From positions 1,568,001 to 1,632,000 of the forward strand of contig JBKAGP010000001.1 of assembly GCA_046290465.1 (NCBI GenBank): DNA of 64,000 nucleotides, in the 5' to 3' direction. The notes under the pieces were generated by a model. The model saw nothing but the letters and a program-made list of their open reading frames with translations. It did no database searches and was not told the origin of the DNA. The position numbers were made by a program, and so were the translations under genes. Shown piece after piece: positions 11,401-20,906 of the stretch; the stretch's first letter is position 1, and the number at the start of each line of letters is the position of its first letter. This DNA is from Planctomycetota bacterium. Its GTDB lineage: Bacteria; Planctomycetota; UBA1135; UBA2386.

Positions 11401-12527
11401 ACCGTCTCGCCGCCGAGCACTCGCTGCGCCGGGCCGGCGTCGCCGCCGAGCGCGCCGCGATCCTGTCGCGCGCCAGCATCCTCGCCGTCGAACCCGGACG
11501 CTTCGGCAGCGGCCGCCACGACCAGCTGTTCGAAGCGACCGGGGTTTGGGACACCCGGGAGCAGCTGACCGAGGTGTTCCTGCGCGAACACGACCACGTC
11601 TACACCAAGGGCGCCTGGGGTGTCGCCGCGCCGGAGGCCGTCGGCACCCACCTGGCACAAGCCGAGATCGTGCTGTCGGGCGTCGGCTCCAGAAGTGCGT
11701 TGACGGGGCGCGGCCACTACAGCGGCGGCAACCTCGCGCAGGCGATCGAACGGCTGTCCGGCAGCCGGCCCGACTACTACCTCGCCGACCTGCGCCACTA
11801 CGGCGATGAGCGCGTCGAACGCGCTGAGGTCGCGGTCCGGCGCGACTTCCGATCGCTGGTCTTCAACCGCAAGTGGCTTGAGGGCATGCAGCATCAGGGG
11901 CGCAACGGAGCCCACCGGATGGCGGCGATGACGTGGAAGGCGCTCGGCTGGAGCATCAACCGCCCCGACAGCATCACGCCGGACATCTGGCAATCGATCG
12001 TCGACGTCTACCTCCACGACGAGAAGGGACTCGGCCTGCCGAGCTTCTTCGAGCATCACGACCCGAAGGCGATGCAGGAGATCACCAAGAACCTGCTCGA
12101 GGCCGTGCGCAAGGGGTACTGGCATGCCGACCCGGCGACCGTGCTCGAGATCGCCGAGACCCATGCGCGTTCGCGTGCCCGGCACGGCCAGCTGCTGGAC
12201 GACAACGGCAAGCTCGACCGCTTCGTCGTCGGCACGCTGCACGCGGCGGCCGACGAGCAGCTCGATCGACTGGTACAGGCCCTCGGCACGGCACCGCAGC
12301 CCGTCGGCGAGGACGCGGCTCCAGCAGGGACGCCCGTCGACGCCGACGCCGCATCGCCGGCCGCGCGGGCGCAGGACGCGGCGATGCCGCTGCCGTCGCC
12401 CGCGACGGTCCCCGTGAGCGGACGCGAACTCGTCGACGACGGTGCGCCTCCATCGACCGGCTGGTGGTGGCTCGCAGCGCTGCTGCTGCTCGCGGGCGGT
12501 CTGCTGACACGTCGAGGTGCCGCGTGA
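8442..12527 (+). CDS. exported CobN/Mg-chelatase-H family protein (HmuS/BtuS-like) with C-terminal membrane anchor
   Basis: Signal peptide; GIYHP, ALDGRFVPPGPVGPPERNPLAVPSGRN, ELGRPRIDV, FNRKWLEGM, LLEAVRKGYW; C-terminal WWWLAALLLLAGGLLTRR. Confidence 0.85.
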   Translation: MCHQRRSLPFLLLSLLAAAATELRAQSPDAAASPPEIVVVGRDGAVGYMSRFADAAGIRLRSLSVDAPPKPEQTARAPDVVVFLWGDRRGRGRSQLDDSDALQTSWRHLLGSMQERRPDLTIVCAPGAAQTVASWLPQGTTATTDAVLDDYLQVGIDRSNLRRLVSYLAVTHAGLAGTVEPPDRDVATVGIYHPEHDGLFASVQDFLDWTRVRGRDPDDPRRIVVRATSTHFVVRNRDLCEQLIAACDRLGMLAFVYIERRRGSEFGPIAEAFRPRVLLDTRHRGQDVDTLASIGAPTLQCSTLARSTIEAWRTTKMSARHLMGLTTGESSGWIEPHVVAGRRDTGRDLAAEFAAIPERVERVVARAARWIALATEPVRDRRVAMFVGGMGGGTADNQQLAMPASIHAVLTAMRDHGYAIENLPADADRLYAAWSAQLVDADDPAALDRLARTGNAALVPVRDYLRWYEHLVPAHRRAQLERRHGAAPGTWRVWRDDDGASYFVMPRLPLGNVALVGSGGLPPDEAKDFVAIRRRIDDDLPLTPSHNQLALAFWLEHADGCDAAVHWGSFQFDLLLPEKPIGLDRDDWPDILTGTLPNIRPFSMTATTFAAPARRRTFAVLVNHLTAPVDTAGLHDELLDLSSDLHKWAELPDGSLREHFRESIQQRAIAADLHVDLRTLAGDDEAFGEAPWRDGELDALARHLARIEAEQITTTSHTFGREPRVEHLLTQMTATAGRPTWQAIDKLFDRGEATLPGDADRRARERTRAVLTAIERHRLTPEQALVATGATLPGAGLDDDLSRDFGMLARLRDGYRRTGDEIGNLLAALDGRFVPPGPVGPPERNPLAVPSGRNTCFANPEELPTRASWQLATRLCDDMLAERRARHGGRWPRKVALVVTPRRSLADFGVSEAQAFWLIGVRPVWSRGRVADFEVIPAAELGRPRIDVLLESKHHYNDYLETRAELIDRAVRTVCELDEPDNFVRSNRLAAEHSLRRAGVAAERAAILSRASILAVEPGRFGSGRHDQLFEATGVWDTREQLTEVFLREHDHVYTKGAWGVAAPEAVGTHLAQAEIVLSGVGSRSALTGRGHYSGGNLAQAIERLSGSRPDYYLADLRHYGDERVERAEVAVRRDFRSLVFNRKWLEGMQHQGRNGAHRMAAMTWKALGWSINRPDSITPDIWQSIVDVYLHDEKGLGLPSFFEHHDPKAMQEITKNLLEAVRKGYWHADPATVLEIAETHARSRARHGQLLDDNGKLDRFVVGTLHAAADEQLDRLVQALGTAPQPVGEDAAPAGTPVDADAASPAARAQDAAMPLPSPATVPVSGRELVDDGAPPSTGWWWLAALLLLAGGLLTRRGAA

Positions 12528-13117
12528 GCTGGCTGACCGACTGGATGAGCAGGCTGGCCGAGATCACGCTGCCGTCGATCCTGGTGCTGCTGACCATCAT
12601 GGCCGCCGCCACGGTCGTGCTGATCGGCGGCATCGTGCGGGAGTGGTGTGGGCGCCGCCGGGTCGACCGGTCCCTCGCCGACGCCCTCGCACAAGCGGCC
12701 CCGGACGGCACCGAGCGGCTACGGCTGCAGCTGCTGCGCGGTCATGGGCTGCCTACCCGGTTTGCGTCCGGCCTCGGTCAGCACGGCGACGTCGATGCCG
12801 CCCTGCTGGCCGCGCGCGCCCGTGCATCGGCGACCCTCGCACCGCTGACCTTCCTGACCCGCATCGGTCCGATGTGCGGCCTGATCGCGACGCTGCTGCC
12901 GCTCGGCCCCGCGCTGGAGGCTCTCGCCGGAGGCGAACTCGAAGACGCGGCGACCGAACTGACCGTGGCGTTCACCGCAACCGTCATCGGTCTGCTGGTC
13001 AGTGTCGCCGCCTACCTGATCGGCCTGGTGCGCCGGACCTGGTACGTGCGCGACTACGATCGCCTCGAGGACCTCGCGCATCGGCTACGCCCGCACCCGC
13101 CCGAGGCGACCGCATGA
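12524..13117 (+). CDS. MotA/TolQ/ExbB proton channel family protein (HmuU-like)
   Basis: GTGA overlap; RIGPMCGLIATLLPLGPAL...VAFTATVIGL. Confidence 0.85.
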   Translation: MSWLTDWMSRLAEITLPSILVLLTIMAAATVVLIGGIVREWCGRRRVDRSLADALAQAAPDGTERLRLQLLRGHGLPTRFASGLGQHGDVDAALLAARARASATLAPLTFLTRIGPMCGLIATLLPLGPALEALAGGELEDAATELTVAFTATVIGLLVSVAAYLIGLVRRTWYVRDYDRLEDLAHRLRPHPPEATA

Positions 13118-13452
13118 GCGCGCCTGCTTCGCCACGGCCACGACGTCCGCTGTTCGACGACCGCTTCGGCGACGACGACGACCCCGCCGCCGGGCTGGTC
13201 AACCTGTTCGACCTCTGGATGGTGTTCGCGTTCGCGCTGCTGCTGATGCTGGCGAACTCGGCACTCGACGCGAGCAGCACGAGCGCCGACGCCCCGGTCG
13301 ATCCCAGCCATCCGCAGCTCCCCGATCCGATGCGGGCGAGCGGCCGCGAACTCGACGGCCAAGGCACCCGCCTCGGCACGGCCTACCGGCTTGCCAGCGG
13401 CAGCATCGTCTACGTGCCCGACACGGCCGAACACGCCGCGGGACCGCGCTGA
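13114..13452 (+). CDS. DUF2149 family protein (HmuV-like)
   Basis: DDDPAAGLVNLFDLWMVFAFALL...GQGTRLGTAYRLASGSIVYVP. Confidence 0.85.
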   Translation: MSAPASPRPRRPLFDDRFGDDDDPAAGLVNLFDLWMVFAFALLLMLANSALDASSTSADAPVDPSHPQLPDPMRASGRELDGQGTRLGTAYRLASGSIVYVPDTAEHAAGPR

Positions 13453-13495
13453 CCACCGACTCCCTGATTCCTGCAACCCCATCGAACCGACGAAG

Positions 13496-15442
13496 ATGAC
13501 CGACAACCTCTCCCCGCTCGCCCGCTCCCCGATCGCCTGCTCACCGATCGCCAGCGCCCCGATCGCCAGCGCCCCGATCTCCTGCGCCTCTGGGGCCTGC
13601 TCCAGTCTGGCGCTCGCCCTCGTGCTTGCGGGTAGCGCGCTCGCCCAAGAACCCAGCTCCAACTGGAGCGTGATCCCTGCCGACGCGACCCAGTACACGA
13701 TCCGCAGCCGCGTCAACTCGTTCGCGCTGCAGTTCAGCGACCGAGTCCTGCTCTACAGCGGCTACCAGCGCAAGTGGGTCGTGCTGCCGGTTTCGGCCGC
13801 GGCCGTCGTGACACCGCAGAACGACCATGCGCTGATCGTCGACGGCACCACTCTGCACGGCTGGTCGCCGCGCTACGGCACCATCGACACGATCACCGTG
13901 TCGAACAACGCGGTCTTCCTGCCCAACCCGCCGTCCGCGACCTACGTGGTGACCGTCCAGGATGGTAACGACTTCCACGCCTACGGCTCGTATGCGGCGC
14001 GCTGGTCGACCCTGTCGCTGCCTACGCCCGCAGTGGCAGCAGAACAACACCGCCGCTGCGCCATCGTGCACGACGGCACGATGGCGTACGGCTACAGCTC
14101 GTATTCGGGCGACTGGGTGGCGACGCCGGCCCCCGAACCGGGCATCGCGCTGTTCGCGTCCGGCGACGTCTGCTTCGCCAACAGCCAACAGATCGTGCGC
14201 GGCTTCTCGGCGCCGACCAGCAGCTGGTCTTCGACGGTCGTCGCCGACAGCTCCAACCTGTCGCTGGAGGCAAGCCTCGGCTACATCGAGGACCAGGGCG
14301 AGGTGCTCGTGTTCAGCGGCAACCGGGGCGCCTTCTCGAGCTACACCCCGAATGGCTCGTACGTGCTCGACACCGGCTCCGAAACGCTCGCGATCGAGGA
14401 CCAGAACGGGGTCACCTGCTACAGCTCGATCCGCAACTCGTGGGCGACATTGCCGATCAGCGGGGCCACCAGCCTCGAGCTCGGGGACGACGTATGCGTC
14501 GTGACGACGACGAACCAGTGCGCCGCCTACTCCGGCGTGACCGGCCAGTGGAGCCCGGTCCTGACCGGCGCCTTCACCGCGTCGGTGGGCACCTGCATGG
14601 CGTTCGTCGACGACGGCATCGCCCAGCGCTACGCCTACACCGCGCTCGGCAACCGGTGGTTGCCGGTCCCGACCGTGCTGCCGTTCGTCGCAGCCGAGGT
14701 GCTCGGACACTCGGTGCTCGTCACCCACACGCAAGGCTTCAGCGGCATCGGCGCACGCTTCGACCAGTGGCAGACGCTCGTCACCCAACCGGGCGCGACG
14801 GTCTCGGTCCCCAACAACCGCGGCCGCACGGCGATGGTCACCGACACCAACCGCATCTCCGCCTGGAACGGAAGGCTCAACCGCTGGGCCTCGGTGCAGG
14901 TCGACCCCAACACGCTCACCACGGCGTCCGTGCGCTTCTCGTCGTCGCTGCTCGAGGACGGCGACCGTGCGTTCGCGTTCGGGGTGCCGGGCAAGGCCTA
15001 CGACGGCGTGACGCTCTCCGGCGACACGGTGCTCGCGGCGACTGCCGGCTCGGGCATCAGCTACGTGCAGACGGACGATCACATGCACGCCTATTCGCCC
15101 CTCGCGACGCTGACGCCGACGACCTCCTTTCCCGAGACCGACGGCTTCGCCCACATCGGCCGATCGACCGAGGTGCAACAGGTGGCCCTCCCCGGCAGCC
15201 TGGTGACCCTGCTGGTCGGGTTCGCGCCGACCAGCACCGTCACGCCGTTCGGAGAACTGTTGGTCGATACGCCGCTGTTCCTGCCGGCCCCGTTGATCCC
15301 GACAGCAGGCAACCTGTTGCTCGAGATCCCCGTGCCGAACGAACCCGGGCTGATCGGCTACCCCGTGCACCTGCAGAGCGCGATCACCCCTCCGGCAGGC
15401 CTGCCATACCTGACCGGCTCGACCAGCATGGTCCTGCTCTGA
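13496..15442 (+). CDS. secreted beta-repeat protein with C-terminal beta-sandwich
   Basis: Signal ...LVLAGSALAQ; repeated (A/G)YS..xG.W units; C-terminal LEIPVPNEPGLIGYPVHLQ. Confidence 0.75.
   Translation: MTDNLSPLARSPIACSPIASAPIASAPISCASGACSSLALALVLAGSALAQEPSSNWSVIPADATQYTIRSRVNSFALQFSDRVLLYSGYQRKWVVLPVSAAAVVTPQNDHALIVDGTTLHGWSPRYGTIDTITVSNNAVFLPNPPSATYVVTVQDGNDFHAYGSYAARWSTLSLPTPAVAAEQHRRCAIVHDGTMAYGYSSYSGDWVATPAPEPGIALFASGDVCFANSQQIVRGFSAPTSSWSSTVVADSSNLSLEASLGYIEDQGEVLVFSGNRGAFSSYTPNGSYVLDTGSETLAIEDQNGVTCYSSIRNSWATLPISGATSLELGDDVCVVTTTNQCAAYSGVTGQWSPVLTGAFTASVGTCMAFVDDGIAQRYAYTALGNRWLPVPTVLPFVAAEVLGHSVLVTHTQGFSGIGARFDQWQTLVTQPGATVSVPNNRGRTAMVTDTNRISAWNGRLNRWASVQVDPNTLTTASVRFSSSLLEDGDRAFAFGVPGKAYDGVTLSGDTVLAATAGSGISYVQTDDHMHAYSPLATLTPTTSFPETDGFAHIGRSTEVQQVALPGSLVTLLVGFAPTSTVTPFGELLVDTPLFLPAPLIPTAGNLLLEIPVPNEPGLIGYPVHLQSAITPPAGLPYLTGSTSMVLL
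13511..13586 (+). repeat. 15-bp degenerate tandem repeat (~5x, SPIA/APIA) in N-terminus
   Basis: ccccgatcgccagcg-like units. Confidence 0.6.
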
Positions 15443-15671
15443 GGGGCGCGGCGGCCATGACGCGCGCATGGCTGCGCGAGACGCTCGAACAGCCGCCGGC
15501 GCAGCGACCGTTCGCCGTGCGACGGCAGGCGTTCGGCCCGACGCGCGTAGGTGGTGCGGCCGGCGCCCCCTTCGCACGCAGCGGAGTGCGCCGCACACCG
15601 CAAAGTTGTAGGTCGAACCAGGTACCGTACGGCAACCTGTACGTCTCCCGACCGGCTCACGGATCCCGCGC

Positions 15672-16301
15672 ATGGACCTCTCCCCCTCCCACCCCATCCT
15701 CGCTCGGTTCTTGTCGCAGACGCCCTGGCAGGTGGCGGGCGGTGGCAGCCTGCAGAACGAGCTGACGTTTCGGTTCGGGCGCGCGATCACCGAGCCTGGC
15801 TTCCTCGGCGGCAGCTCGACGCGCGGCGAGTACGAGCTGGAGCTGGTGGCGCCGGAGTGGACGCTGACGCCTACGGGCGGCGGCGACACGATCCGCTGGG
15901 ACGACGAGGGCCAGCGTCGCCGGGCCGCGATCCGGGGGATCGGCGCCACCGGCGAGCTGCGCGACGTGGCGCTGGTGCGTCAGCCCGACCGCTTCCGCAT
16001 CGAACTGACGTTCGAGCAGTGGGTCGTCACAGCCTGCTCGCACTCGCAGGCGAGCTGGCTCGCCGAGCATGCCGACGACGACGAGGACGAGCTCGAAGAG
16101 GACGAGTGGCAGGATCTGCCCTCGAACACCTCCGTGCTGCAACTCAACACCCCGGACGGGATCTTCGAGATCTACCACGACGGCACGCACACGCCGACCG
16201 ACCGCCTGCTCGATCCGGACACACCGATCGGCGAGCTGCCGACCGACCGCGAGCGCATCTGGCCCGACTTCGACCCGTTCTCGTCGCCGCGTGGCGCGTG
16301 A
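15672..16301 (+). CDS. hypothetical protein
   Basis: 209-aa ORF with host-like codon bias and an acidic stretch. Confidence 0.65.
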   Translation: MDLSPSHPILARFLSQTPWQVAGGGSLQNELTFRFGRAITEPGFLGGSSTRGEYELELVAPEWTLTPTGGGDTIRWDDEGQRRRAAIRGIGATGELRDVALVRQPDRFRIELTFEQWVVTACSHSQASWLAEHADDDEDELEEDEWQDLPSNTSVLQLNTPDGIFEIYHDGTHTPTDRLLDPDTPIGELPTDRERIWPDFDPFSSPRGA

Positions 16302-16346
16302 CGGCTCCGCTGCAGGCAGCGCACGGCCGCCGCGGCTCGCGCTCCC

Positions 16347-18506
16347 CTACCGCACCTGGATGCGCAGCCCGTCGCTCGCCTGGTAGTCGAACGGCCGGAA
16401 CGCCTGCGCATACAGATCGCCGAGGAACGCCGGATCGTCCGGCAGCGGCACCGGGAACAAGAGGTCGCCGCCCGTCCCGATCGCAGCATACGTGATGACC
16501 GGTGTCACCAGCAGCGAGCACGGGAACCCGAACGGCTGCAGGCTAACGTTGGCCGGCGTCGTGCCGAGGGCCAGCAGCATCGGCGTATTCTGCGGCACGA
16601 ACGTGACCGTCACCGCGAAGTTGAGGTTGCCGGCAAACGGGTAGGGCGCCTCCAGGAACGCCGTCGCGCAGCTGGTGCCGTACGACACCGATTCGGCGTC
16701 GGCCGGATAGACGAACCGCGTGCCGCGGATCTGGCGCAGCGCCGAAGCGTTGTCGTAGGCGAGCAGGAAGTCCGGCTCCCCGGTCGGCTCGAAGCACATG
16801 CCGAGGCTGCCGTACGAACCGAGCACCTCCGAGTCGACGATCGCGCCGTGGCCGCCGAGGCGCGCCAGGTAGATCTCGGGCGTGAGGCCGGTCAGCACCG
16901 AGTAGGCCAGCAAGAAGTTGGATCCGGTCGCGTGGTCGGCAACGACCTCGCGCAGCTGCAGCTGCGGCCCCGCGGTCAGCGTGCGCACCTGGCTGCCGCT
17001 GCCGAAGTCGAACCCGCGCAGCACGTCGTTGAGCGGCGCCTCGCGCTGCCACACCAGCACCTGCCGCAACGCATGGTTGTCGTCGTAGGCGCCGGCGATC
17101 CGCGGCGCGCCGAGCTCGTCGGAGGTGTTGTCGTAGCCCACGTAGCCGGCGCTGGTGCCGGCCTGGGTGACGGTCGCGACCCGGATCTCATGGATCGCGC
17201 CGAGGTCCGTTCGCCACGCGACGCGCCACGGCTCGCCGTCGCGGCTCATCGGCATGACGTCTGGATCCCGCGACGCGTCGGTGACGGCGGAGCCATGCGG
17301 ATCGAAGAACTGCACGCCGGCGGTCGGGTTGGCGGCATCGATGACCGCGCACGTCACCTGCGGCCCGAGCCCGCTCGACCACGTCCAAGCCGTCAGCGCC
17401 TTGGTGCACGTTCCGAAGCCGCCGCCGACAACGCCACCACCCCACGAGACGCCGGACGAACCCGTCGCGAGCTGCACCTCGGTGCCGGCATTGTTCTGCA
17501 TCTGGTCGTCCCGCTGCACGTAGACGACCGGCAGCGAGAAGAACAGCACGTCCCGGTCGAAGGCGATCACGTAGGAGCGTGCCCCCTCGCAGTAGGCGAC
17601 ATCGACCTGCTTGATGAAGTAGCCCGACGCGTTGTCGATCCAGTGGTAGTTGAACCCGGTGAAGTCCTTCTTGCCGTAGAGCGAGAAGCCATCGGCATCC
17701 CCCAGCGCAAAGGTGCGCACGAACGTCACCACGACCTGGTCGAGCACGGTCGAACACGCCAGCTCGACCGAGGTCGCCGGCTCCCCGGCGAAGTTGGAGT
17801 TGATCAGCGCGTTGCCGATCAAGGGATCGATGGTCAGCGGAAACTGCGCGGCGTCGACGAACGACTGCGGCACGTGCAGGCGCACCAGCCCGCGCTCGGC
17901 GCTGGTCGCGATCTCGATGCGCTGGCCGACGGCGTCGTACGCAAAGGCCCGCCCGTAGCGCACCGTCGCCTCGCCATCGACCGAGAACACCAGGTCGCCG
18001 TGCTCCGCCGCGCGATCGGGCGTCGTCAGATCGCCCGCGATCCGGCCGGTCACGACCAGCTCGCCGCTGCCCGCCGGCCGCTGCGGGATCACGAACAGCT
18101 GCTCGACGCCTTCGGGGCGAATCTCGTAGACCTCGCGCGCATCGCGGTATCGGGTCTCGTAGCGATCCTCACTGGTCTCGGTGGCAACCGGCGCCAGCGA
18201 CAGCGGTTGCCCCCCGACCGTGATCGACGCCGTGCGCCAGCGCAGCGCCACCAGCTCGCGGTCGGCACCGCGGAAGGGATGGAACGTCAGACCATCGTGG
18301 AAGCTCGCCTTCCACGTCGGACCACCCGCCCACCAGCCGTATTCGGGCTGGCCCGCGGCGACGGTCCGGGTGTGCAGCGGCACGCAGCGTTCGGCCACGA
18401 CCTGCTGCACGCTCTGCAGCAGGCGGGAATCCGGTGCCTGCGCGGGCAGGCAGAACGCGAGAGCCAGGACGGCGAACAGGATGACGGGGATCTTGGGCAT
18501 GGGCAT
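16347..18506 (-). CDS. secreted protein with C-terminal beta-sandwich
   Basis: Signal MPKIPVILFAVLALAFCLPAQ; EVYEIRPEGVEQLF, FPLTIDPL; C-terminal SYGTSC...PDDPAFLGDLYAQ. Confidence 0.75.
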   Translation of the reverse strand: MPMPKIPVILFAVLALAFCLPAQAPDSRLLQSVQQVVAERCVPLHTRTVAAGQPEYGWWAGGPTWKASFHDGLTFHPFRGADRELVALRWRTASITVGGQPLSLAPVATETSEDRYETRYRDAREVYEIRPEGVEQLFVIPQRPAGSGELVVTGRIAGDLTTPDRAAEHGDLVFSVDGEATVRYGRAFAYDAVGQRIEIATSAERGLVRLHVPQSFVDAAQFPLTIDPLIGNALINSNFAGEPATSVELACSTVLDQVVVTFVRTFALGDADGFSLYGKKDFTGFNYHWIDNASGYFIKQVDVAYCEGARSYVIAFDRDVLFFSLPVVYVQRDDQMQNNAGTEVQLATGSSGVSWGGGVVGGGFGTCTKALTAWTWSSGLGPQVTCAVIDAANPTAGVQFFDPHGSAVTDASRDPDVMPMSRDGEPWRVAWRTDLGAIHEIRVATVTQAGTSAGYVGYDNTSDELGAPRIAGAYDDNHALRQVLVWQREAPLNDVLRGFDFGSGSQVRTLTAGPQLQLREVVADHATGSNFLLAYSVLTGLTPEIYLARLGGHGAIVDSEVLGSYGSLGMCFEPTGEPDFLLAYDNASALRQIRGTRFVYPADAESVSYGTSCATAFLEAPYPFAGNLNFAVTVTFVPQNTPMLLALGTTPANVSLQPFGFPCSLLVTPVITYAAIGTGGDLLFPVPLPDDPAFLGDLYAQAFRPFDYQASDGLRIQVR

Positions 18507-18899
18507 CTGCTCCGGTTGGGCGGGGTGACGAGGCGGGCGCCTCGCCGGAGATGCAGTGCCCGGTGCGTGGTCGGGCTGGACAGCCGATTCGCCGATCTCG
18601 CGGAGAATCTGCCGCAGCGATCGCGCTCGACGCATGCGCAAGGTCATGTGGCCCTCCCCCCAGTCGGCCGCCCGAGCGGCGCCTTGCTGCTCCGGCAACC
18701 GATCTCTCGACGACGCGCATGCCCTTCGTCGGCCGATCGACGCCCGGCAGGACATGGCGCCGATACGGTGACTCCGTCCATGGCGAGCTGCCGAGGTTCG
18801 GAATACAGAATCACACCGATCCCCCGCCAGACTCGATCCGCACGGAGCGCCTTACATCGAGCTGACCCGACGCCGCGAGCCCTGCAGTATGCATTCCTC

Positions 18900-19976
18900 A
18901 TGCCGTTCCACCACCTCGCACGCGCGCGCACACGAGCGCTCGCCGTCGCGCTGCTCGCACTCGCCTCCTGCACGTCGGACGCTCCGACCCGCCCAACGAC
19001 GACCGAGGTCGATCCGCGCATCTGGGCCATGCACCAGGCGCACAACGGCGACTACTGGTTTGGCAGCAACGGCGCCGGCGTCTACCGCTTCGACGGCGAG
19101 CAGGTCGCGCACTACGACACCCGAGACGGTCTCGCCGGCAGCCAGGTGCGCGGGATCTACGAGGACGTGCGGGGTCACCTGCTCGTTTCGACGACGCGCG
19201 GGGTCAGCAGGTTCGAGGACGGGAGGTTCGTAGCAGTGGAGTTCGTCGACGAGCCGACCCCGCTGGAGGACTGGGAGCTGCACGATGACGACCTCTGGCT
19301 GGTGTTCGGGCCGGGCGAACGCGGCCCCGCGCGCTACGACGGCGTCAAGCTGCACCACATGCAGCTGACCGAGAGCCCGGCGGCCGCGACGCGCCCTTCG
19401 CGCACCGAGCCGTTTCGGCTGGATCTGGCCAGTGTCTACAGCGTGCACGAGGATCGCCGCGGCCATCTGTGGTTTGGCACTGCCGGCCATGGTCTGTGCC
19501 GCTACGACGGCGAGTCGCTGGCGTGGATGTACGAGGAACATCTGACGACGACGCCGAGCGGTGGCGCGTTCGGCATCCGGTCGATCTTCGAAGATCGCCA
19601 CGGCGACTTCTGGATCTGCAATACGCGGCATCGCTTCGCCGTCGCGCCGGAGGTCGCGAACAAGGACGGGTTCACGGTGTTGCAGTACCAGACCAAGCCT
19701 GGCATGCCGAAGGCTGCCACGGACACGGACGAGAACTTCTTGTACTTCGCGTCCGTCGCGGAGGACGAGTCGGGCGCCCTGTGGTTTGCGAGTTCAGGGG
19801 ATGGCTTGCTGCGTCTCGCCGATGGCGAGGTCACGCGCTTCGCGCTGCCGGACGGAGCCTATGCGTGCTGCGTCATGATCGGCCAGGACGGCAGGGTGTG
19901 GGTCAGCACGATCGAACACGGTGTGTATGTGTTGGACGGGGATCGGCTCGAGCGGTTTCGGGGGCGTGTTGGATGA
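18900..19976 (+). CDS. lipoprotein with two-component-regulator propeller repeats
   Basis: Lipobox LLALASC; repeats EDxRGHLWFGT / GLxRYDG. Confidence 0.8.
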   Translation: MPFHHLARARTRALAVALLALASCTSDAPTRPTTTEVDPRIWAMHQAHNGDYWFGSNGAGVYRFDGEQVAHYDTRDGLAGSQVRGIYEDVRGHLLVSTTRGVSRFEDGRFVAVEFVDEPTPLEDWELHDDDLWLVFGPGERGPARYDGVKLHHMQLTESPAAATRPSRTEPFRLDLASVYSVHEDRRGHLWFGTAGHGLCRYDGESLAWMYEEHLTTTPSGGAFGIRSIFEDRHGDFWICNTRHRFAVAPEVANKDGFTVLQYQTKPGMPKAATDTDENFLYFASVAEDESGALWFASSGDGLLRLADGEVTRFALPDGAYACCVMIGQDGRVWVSTIEHGVYVLDGDRLERFRGRVG

Positions 19977-20406
19977 ACGTGACCGGGGTGGATGCGATCT
20001 CCTGTCCTCCCAGCCGGCGTGGACACCGACTGCGTTCGGCCCTCCGCGCGTCACGAGGCGCGATCGCTGCCGTCTACCAGTTCTTCTTCACCGCAGACGG
20101 CTTGATGGCGTCGACCATCGCTGGCCATCCCGCAAGCAGCAACATCTCGACCAGAGGAGCATCGTCGCCCGCCCGACCCGTCTCGCTGCCAGGAGCAACG
20201 TAACTGCTGCCACAGGTCCGTCTCCTTGGGGTGATCGGACGTCAACCGCGCAGCGCGACCACGAGTTCGAACTACACACCCGTACTTCTGGAGCCCGGTC
20301 TTGCTCTGGATCACCTAACCCGCGCCCGCCCGCGAGCCAGCCGTTCTCGACCACGGCCACCGCATCCAACCCCCTACCACCACCTTACGTGCGGCCCGTA
20401 CAAGCC

Positions 20407-20437
20407 AACGCCCCGAGGCCATCGGCCCCAGGGCGTT
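20407..20437 (-). terminator. GC-rich hairpin, possible terminator
   Basis: Minus strand aacgccctggggcc-gat-ggcctcggggcgtt; weak U tail; 14 nt after a CTACCA. Confidence 0.4.
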
Positions 20438-20876
20438 CGCCATCTTACGATTGGTAGAGCGGTCTGGACGCAGATCGAACGCTCTGGGGTTCGAGGAGAG
20501 TCTTGCCCAGTCATGGTTGGGGCGATCCTGGCTAGATCTAGTGTCGACCGAGTAGTCGGACACGACGCACCTGTGCCATTGCCGATGCCTGCAGGAACCG
20601 CGGCTGGCCTCGAACCGGCGAGGCGACCCTGACGCACCACACCGATGCAGGATGATCACATCCCACTAGCGTGATGCCGACCTCCCACCAGGACGTCGAA
20701 ACCCCTGTCGCGGCTCGACGGCCACGAACTCTTGAAGATCAATCTCTCGGCACCGAACTGTGACGGTGTAGCCGAGGCAAGTCCCTTCGCAGCTCACAGT
20801 TGAACACGACCACGACGTAGAGCTCAGCGGCCGGCTCGACCAAAAACCCGCAGCCAACCGCGAAGGCAAACGACGC

Positions 20877-20891
20877 TGGCATCCCAATTGC
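20877..20891 (+). promoter_or_regulatory. sigma54 promoter of the CIS operon
   Basis: TGGCATCCCAATTGC, near-consensus -24/-12, 15 nt before ATG 20907; a bEBP is encoded at the cluster end. Confidence 0.75.
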
Positions 20892-20906
20892 CTGAGCGCG
20901 CACGGA

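Noticed and set aside
8262..12242. Long antisense or alternate-frame ORFs (also 13541-15949, 41980-44019, 59288-62032 and others)
   Set aside because: Shadow ORFs expected in high-GC DNA opposite well-supported genes
8442..12527. Cobalamin-biosynthetic cobN
   Set aside because: Signal peptide, TM anchor, MotA/DUF2149 partners, and no cob genes nearby
20051..20369. Short ORFs upstream of the CIS
   Set aside because: No recognisable motifs or consistent frame; at most a decayed remnant
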